Shown here: positions 58,437 to 64,000 of the stretch, piece by piece
Numbering within the stretch: position 1 is the first letter of the stretch
Layout of the letters: each line of letters starts with the position of its first letter
IMG/VR virus record: IMGVR_UViG_3300021373_001770
Span: 1-64,000 of that record
DNA length: 64,000 nt
Origin: an uncultured virus (IMG/VR IMGVR_UViG_3300021373_001770)
Lineage: Duplodnaviria > Heunggongvirae > Uroviricota > Caudoviricetes
Strand: one strand, 5' to 3'
Translations under genes and position numbers: made by a program
The notes under the pieces: generated by a model
What the model was told of the DNA's origin: nothing
Databases searched by the model: none
The model's input: the letters and a program-made list of their open reading frames with translations, nothing else

Positions 58437-61280
58437 ATGGCAAAAATTAAAATAAATAAATTACCAAAAGGATTTAAACTTGTTGATGGTAAAGTTGTAG
58501 AAGAAAAAGTCATGCGAAATGGTGGAGACATTTATTCTACAGGTGATCAAGCTGATTATGGTTTAGTTACAACACCTCAAGAGTATTATGGACAAACAAT
58601 GTTTAATAATACAGATGACCAATCCACAAGATATAGTTTATCTGGAGTACCACGTGAAGATGCAAACATTGAAGCAGAAGGTGGTGAGACAGTTCTTACT
58701 GATTTAAATGATGATGGTAATTTTGGTTTATATAGTATTACTGGTCCAAGACATTCACAAGGCGGTGTGCCGATGTTTTTACCAGAACAATCTTTTATTT
58801 TTTCAGATACACCTAAATTAAAATTTACAAAAGATGAGATGTCAGAATTTGGAATGGGTGGTTCTAAGAAAACACCCGCTAAAATTTCTAAGAATTTTGG
58901 TTTAAATAATTATTATGCTGAATTAGACTCACAATATGCTGATGAAATATCAGCTGTTAGTGCAGAACTTATGTTAAAAAAGAACATGGAAGACCTTTCA
59001 AAATTAGCTTACATGCAAGAAGCAAAAAAGAATTTTGAAGATGGTGTACCATTAGCAGCACATCCATTTTTATTATCTGAAAATATTGATCCATTACAGT
59101 TTACAGCTCAAGTAGAAGATATATCACAGCAACAAGCAAGACAAAATGCTATTGCTCAATTATCTCCAGGTCAACAAGAACAACTATTTTTAGTTCAACA
59201 AATGTTGCAACAACAACAAAATCAAGTTAATGCAGCTCAGGCTCCTGATCCTTCACAATTTGCAAACCAAATGCAAATGGCTAATGCAGATAACGATATG
59301 TTAAGCATGGCTGAATATGGTTATGAAATGAGAGAGTTTTTAGATAAAGCTCAAAGAGGTACTGAAATTGTATATAATAGAATGGAGGATGGAGACTATG
59401 GTATACCTAGAAAGGCTGAAGCAACTGAAGGTATGTATTATGTAAATGCTATACCGGGCAATGAAGATTTTGGTAAGGGTTATATATTTAAAGATGGTGA
59501 TTATGTACATGTTGAAACAGTTGCATTTGATGAAGACTTTAATATAATAAATAGAGTACCTGCTGAAGAAACTGTTACTGATACTGAATCTATTGACATT
59601 ATTGGTTCAGGAAATACTGAAGTTGTAGAAACAGAAGAAGAAACTACAAATACTAATTCAGAATTTAATCCTTTCCCAATAGGATCTGAAAACTATATAG
59701 AAATTGAAAATCTTAAAAAAGAAGGTTATACATTTTCTATTGTAAAAGATGGACCTGAAAAAGGAAAACTTAGAGCATATAGACCAAGAAAGTCTAGATT
59801 TGATGCGCAGGGTGACAGAGAAATAGCTCAATATGAAACAACAGGTAGTGGAGGTAATATAAATGTATATGATGACAATGTAAGTTCACAAGGGGATGTA
59901 TTAAGAAATTCTTCTATAGCAAATGAAAGATATGGTAGATTAGCTGGTGTAAGACCTGAGACACAAGGTTTTGCTGGTGGTGATTTTGCATTTGGTACTA
60001 AAGAAATTGAATCACAAGAATCACAAGAAGCATTTGAAAGAATGTGGAGTGATGTTTTAGATGATATAGAAGGTTGGGATTATAGAAGACCAGCATTTAA
60101 AAATGAAGAAGATAAACAAAAGTATTTAAGAACAAAAGACAAGAGTCTTTTTGATCCTGAGTGGTTAGCACAATGGAAACAATTTCAAATAAAATCTGAA
60201 GAATTAAGAAAAGCAGATGCTGAAAGATTAGATATTCCATATGTACCATATTACAAAAATCCAGGTGATGAAGGATACAGAACAGGAGATGGTCCTGATG
60301 GTATTCCTGGTTTAAATACATATAATACACCAAGGTTTGACGTAGATGTACAAACAGAAGATGAAAGATTTTTTGATTTACCAAAAAAGAAAGAAACAAT
60401 TGAAATACCTGATATAGAAGAAGCAGAAGGACCGGTTAAAAGATATTGGGCACAGGATATGAATAATATGACTGCTCTTGGTCTAATGAAAGATGAGTTG
60501 TTTTTGCCTTGGTCACCTAAGTTAGAAGAACAAAAAATTGATTATGTTTTAGATGATTATACAGGAAGAGTAAATGCAATAATGGGAGCACAGAATGTTA
60601 TGTCTGGAGCTTTAGGGGCATATGGTCCACAGGCTATTGCAAGAAGTAATATTCAAGGTAAGACACTAAATGAAATAGGTAAAGCTATACAAACAACAAA
60701 CACTAATAATGTTAATACAATGAACCGTGTTGCTGCAGCTCAAGCTTCTATGGATAATAGAATTGATGCGGGTAATGTAGGTATAGAAAGACAGCTTTAT
60801 GATGATACACAAGCATCATTACAACAAAAACAAAATTTTGATAATGCAAAAATTGCTAAGGCTAATGAGTTGTGGAATACAGCAATAACAAATGCATCTA
60901 ATACATATAATATAAATACTATGTATGATGAGTATAACATTCGTCCTGATTTTGGTGGAGATGTTTTATTTACTGGTATTGGAAGAAAACCATATAAGGA
61001 TACTTCACAAAATAAACAAGAAGCTTTCTTAGATGCATATACTAAGCTTAGAAAAAATTTACCAGCAGATCAAAAAATAACACCTGAGTTATTAAATATG
61101 TACATGCAATTAGGAAATAATGGTGGTTATACACCTAGTACACAAGGAAAAGCTGCATTACAACAAAGAGGTATAACAGGTTATTCAGGCAGTAATATAC
61201 CCGTTGGAGAAAAAGGAACAGAAATAAAAAATTTACCAAAGGCATTTCCCAATTTTACAGTAGGTAAGATGGGTGTATAA
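58437..61280 (+). CDS. Cargo/ejection protein
   Basis: ANIEAEGGET...GPRHSQGGVP...FIFSD module typical of crAss cargo proteins. Confidence 0.65.
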   Translation: MAKIKINKLPKGFKLVDGKVVEEKVMRNGGDIYSTGDQADYGLVTTPQEYYGQTMFNNTDDQSTRYSLSGVPREDANIEAEGGETVLTDLNDDGNFGLYSITGPRHSQGGVPMFLPEQSFIFSDTPKLKFTKDEMSEFGMGGSKKTPAKISKNFGLNNYYAELDSQYADEISAVSAELMLKKNMEDLSKLAYMQEAKKNFEDGVPLAAHPFLLSENIDPLQFTAQVEDISQQQARQNAIAQLSPGQQEQLFLVQQMLQQQQNQVNAAQAPDPSQFANQMQMANADNDMLSMAEYGYEMREFLDKAQRGTEIVYNRMEDGDYGIPRKAEATEGMYYVNAIPGNEDFGKGYIFKDGDYVHVETVAFDEDFNIINRVPAEETVTDTESIDIIGSGNTEVVETEEETTNTNSEFNPFPIGSENYIEIENLKKEGYTFSIVKDGPEKGKLRAYRPRKSRFDAQGDREIAQYETTGSGGNINVYDDNVSSQGDVLRNSSIANERYGRLAGVRPETQGFAGGDFAFGTKEIESQESQEAFERMWSDVLDDIEGWDYRRPAFKNEEDKQKYLRTKDKSLFDPEWLAQWKQFQIKSEELRKADAERLDIPYVPYYKNPGDEGYRTGDGPDGIPGLNTYNTPRFDVDVQTEDERFFDLPKKKETIEIPDIEEAEGPVKRYWAQDMNNMTALGLMKDELFLPWSPKLEEQKIDYVLDDYTGRVNAIMGAQNVMSGALGAYGPQAIARSNIQGKTLNEIGKAIQTTNTNNVNTMNRVAAAQASMDNRIDAGNVGIERQLYDDTQASLQQKQNFDNAKIAKANELWNTAITNASNTYNINTMYDEYNIRPDFGGDVLFTGIGRKPYKDTSQNKQEAFLDAYTKLRKNLPADQKITPELLNMYMQLGNNGGYTPSTQGKAALQQRGITGYSGSNIPVGEKGTEIKNLPKAFPNFTVGKMGV

Positions 61281-61339
61281 ACTTAAACAGTTTATGCTCA
61301 ATGCTTTGTAAACTTATTAAATTATATTAATTTTGAATT

Positions 61340-64000
61340 ATGGCAACATATATTAAAGGATCAGAATCTTTCTTACCGGATATTAAACCATTTACACCGG
61401 ATTATAAATTTTTGTCTGCTGTTTTGCAAACAAGAACGGATAAGTATGATGCTAACTTTAAAGCAACTAATGATCTATATAATAAAGTTGTTTATGCAGA
61501 TTTATCAAGAGAAGATACAAAAGAAAGAAGAGATCAATACGCAGACTTAATAAGTCCTCAGATAGAAAAAATATCTGGAATGGATTTATCTTTGGCACAA
61601 AATGCTGATGCAGCACGTAGTGTTTTTGCACCATTTTATGATGATGACTTAACTGTAAAAGATATTGTTTTTACATCTCAATATAGAGAAGAAATGGCTT
61701 ATGCGGATAGGTTAGCTGAGAGTTCAAATAAAGAAATGAATGAAAGATATTGGGAAACTGGTAGAAGAGGTTTACAATATAGAATGGATGACTTTATTAA
61801 TGGAACTGCAGATCAAGCACTCCAAGCTAGTTTGCCTAAATACATAGAAGACGCTGATTTATATCAATTAGCTACAGATTATTTAGAATCTATGGAACCA
61901 CCTTTGAGTGTTAAGATAGATCATTATGGAGAAAACGCTGATGGTACAGCAAACACTGATTGGATTATTACTGAAAAAAATGGAAGATTGGTAACTGGTC
62001 AAGCACTACAAGCTGTACAAAATGCATTACTAACTAATCCTAAAGTACAAGCTGCATACCGAGAAGATGCATTTGTAAAAAGTAGAGATTTTGCTTCTCA
62101 AGGTATGCAAGCAGGACAATTTTCTTCTGTAGAACAAGGTCAAAATGCTTGGGCAACTGAACAGATAAATATCATAAATAAACTTAATGATTCAGAAATA
62201 GAAGAAGCATCACAAAAGAATGATCAAGCTCAAAGAGTAAATTTATATTGGCAAGACTATAAAAGCAAAAATGGTATTATACCTGGTTCTGATATGGATG
62301 AAGCAATGAAAGAGCACGAAAGCATTGCAGAAGCTACACAGAAAGCATTAGATGCTAAATTAAATATTAAACGTATAGGTGCAGCTCCTAAAAAAAGTAC
62401 ACAGGGTAATTTAAATAAAGCATACAATATGCTTATGAATTACAATATTGCTAGAGATATGAAAGCAGCTGCTGTAAATTATGGAGCTAGAGACCAAGAA
62501 TACACAATGCGTGTTAATGAGATTGCTTTATTTGAAAAGAAGAAAAAGTGGGATTTAGTAATGGAAAGAACTAGAGCTTCTAATAAAATTGCTTTACAAA
62601 ATCTTAAAAATAAACAAGCTAGAGACTTAGCAATTGAGAAAGGAGAAATAGTTGGTGATTCTGGTGATCCAAATTCATTAAAAAATAAATTAAAAAGAAG
62701 AGGTATAACTTTTAATGACCCTAATACATTTACAGCAAAAACTGATAAAGATGGGGATATTACTAGTAATGTAAATGTACCAGCTATGAATAGCCAAAGG
62801 TTTATTGAACTTGATAATAAAGTTTTTGAGCGTCAAGTAGATGCAATCTTAGATATGAAAAAAACTTTATATCCTGATGGTAATACACCAGCAAGAAATC
62901 AGACTTATAAGTTTGAGTACGAAGGTGCTATAATAGAAGGGACTGTAGAATCAATAAAGAAAAAGTTATTAGAAACAGTAAAAACTGAAGGAGATGAAGG
63001 TGGGCCTACTGAATATGTTAATAGAGGTCTTGTAGCTTCTTTGTATGAAAAAGAAAGTGAATTATTTTTAAACAACCCCGAAGTAACAAAAAATATCAAT
63101 CCTAATGCAACTGCTGATCCTAATATACGTGGTCAATATGATGATCTTTATGATAGAATAGCGGGGCCTAACAATAGCATTAATACTCAAATTGCTGGTT
63201 TACAAGCTGCTTATGATAAAGTAAATGAATTAACTTTTAATGCTGGAGAACTTACTTATAAAGCATTACATGATAAAGGTAATAATTATGCTGGTGGATA
63301 CAGCAAAGATGCATCAGATTTACAAAAGGCAGGATGGCCATCAATTTTTGATGAGAATGGTGTATTGTTAAATAAAGATGAATATAGAAAACTAGTTGTA
63401 GCTGGCATTGAGAAAGGTGAGATAACAAACCCAAATATATCTGGCTGGGATAGTGGTACTAACAACAAAGATTATAAAGCATTCCGTACTTATAGCAGAA
63501 GTGAAATGGATAATTTATATGGTTATGATCGTAATAATGCTTATGCTCAAGAAGTAAGAAAAAAGAATAGGTATTTGATAAATGGTGTTAATGAAGTACA
63601 AATGGCGGCTGTTAACAATGATTTAAATACTTATTATGACCTGCAGTACAATGCATTAAATAATGCTTTAACAGGTAAAAAAGGAGACATACCAACAGCA
63701 TCTTTAAATACTGTGTTAGAAGGTGGTGCTTATAATGTTGGAGATTTAATGATGAATCCAAGTTATAAATATTCTGTTAATCCATTAACTCCTAATATTG
63801 AAGCTGAAACAGAAGTTGGTAACTTTTTGGATCAAATGGATCATTTAAATACTACAGGTAAAGGTTATGGTATTGTAGCAGGTGATATAGACGGATTAGA
63901 TTCTGATGAATTATTATCTCAACAAGCTGTTGCACAAAAAGTGCATAATTTATATATGGAAGATTTACAAAGTTGGTACAATAATCCAAAAAGATCTAAT
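61340..64000 (+). CDS. Large cargo/ejection protein (runs off window)
   Basis: MATYIKGSESFLPDIKPFTPDYKFL...; the same frame is open at the window end (...DLQSWYNNPKRSN). Absent from the ORF track because no stop is reached. Confidence 0.8.
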   Translation, partial: MATYIKGSESFLPDIKPFTPDYKFLSAVLQTRTDKYDANFKATNDLYNKVVYADLSREDTKERRDQYADLISPQIEKISGMDLSLAQNADAARSVFAPFYDDDLTVKDIVFTSQYREEMAYADRLAESSNKEMNERYWETGRRGLQYRMDDFINGTADQALQASLPKYIEDADLYQLATDYLESMEPPLSVKIDHYGENADGTANTDWIITEKNGRLVTGQALQAVQNALLTNPKVQAAYREDAFVKSRDFASQGMQAGQFSSVEQGQNAWATEQINIINKLNDSEIEEASQKNDQAQRVNLYWQDYKSKNGIIPGSDMDEAMKEHESIAEATQKALDAKLNIKRIGAAPKKSTQGNLNKAYNMLMNYNIARDMKAAAVNYGARDQEYTMRVNEIALFEKKKKWDLVMERTRASNKIALQNLKNKQARDLAIEKGEIVGDSGDPNSLKNKLKRRGITFNDPNTFTAKTDKDGDITSNVNVPAMNSQRFIELDNKVFERQVDAILDMKKTLYPDGNTPARNQTYKFEYEGAIIEGTVESIKKKLLETVKTEGDEGGPTEYVNRGLVASLYEKESELFLNNPEVTKNINPNATADPNIRGQYDDLYDRIAGPNNSINTQIAGLQAAYDKVNELTFNAGELTYKALHDKGNNYAGGYSKDASDLQKAGWPSIFDENGVLLNKDEYRKLVVAGIEKGEITNPNISGWDSGTNNKDYKAFRTYSRSEMDNLYGYDRNNAYAQEVRKKNRYLINGVNEVQMAAVNNDLNTYYDLQYNALNNALTGKKGDIPTASLNTVLEGGAYNVGDLMMNPSYKYSVNPLTPNIEAETEVGNFLDQMDHLNTTGKGYGIVAGDIDGLDSDELLSQQAVAQKVHNLYMEDLQSWYNNPKRSN

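Noticed and set aside
24525..63468. Short antisense or out-of-frame ORFs inside large genes (e.g. 24525, 25830, 26587, 27943, 47071, 60097, 62905-63468)
   Set aside because: They are nested in well-supported long CDSs and have shadow-like composition.
1..64000. Stop-codon reassignment (known in some crAss-like phages)
   Set aside because: Long genes are intact and tightly packed in code 11, and none of the three tRNAs is a suppressor.
53473..64000. Virion RNA polymerase
   Set aside because: No DxDxD catalytic motif in the supplied translations, and none noticed in the truncated last ORF; the gene probably lies beyond the right end.

Overview
The window is an AT-rich segment of a crAss-like (Crassvirales-type) podophage, most likely infecting an environmental Bacteroidota/Flavobacteriaceae host, and it reads cleanly in the standard genetic code. 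Positions 1-12.4 kb form a minus-strand early/replication block: a truncated DnaB-like helicase, a DnaA-domain-IV protein, uracil-DNA glycosylase, a NinB-like protein, an SF2 helicase, three tRNAs, an HNH nuclease, a wHTH protein, a DUF4846 protein, lipoproteins and two paralogous small genes. After a G-rich divergent switch at about 12.4-12.6 kb, the plus strand carries the late block: small basic proteins, amidase, IHF-like proteins, PD-(D/E)XK nuclease, GroES, TerL, portal, scaffold-like protein, MCP, auxiliary capsid, ring and hub proteins, tail fibres, Cys-rich vWA/FN3 proteins, a phosphoesterase, a muzzle protein with a vWA insert, and cargo/ejection proteins running off the right end. 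The most notable unexplained signal is three intergenic RNA stem-loops (43553-43626, 8540-8596, 8598-8638). Their loops are 9-12-nt antisense copies of the translation-initiation regions of other same-strand phage genes, which suggests a phage-encoded anti-leader small-RNA control system. Further structured non-coding elements and repeated promoter-like motifs occur in the early region. All family calls come from motif recognition by eye; no searches or folding programs were run.
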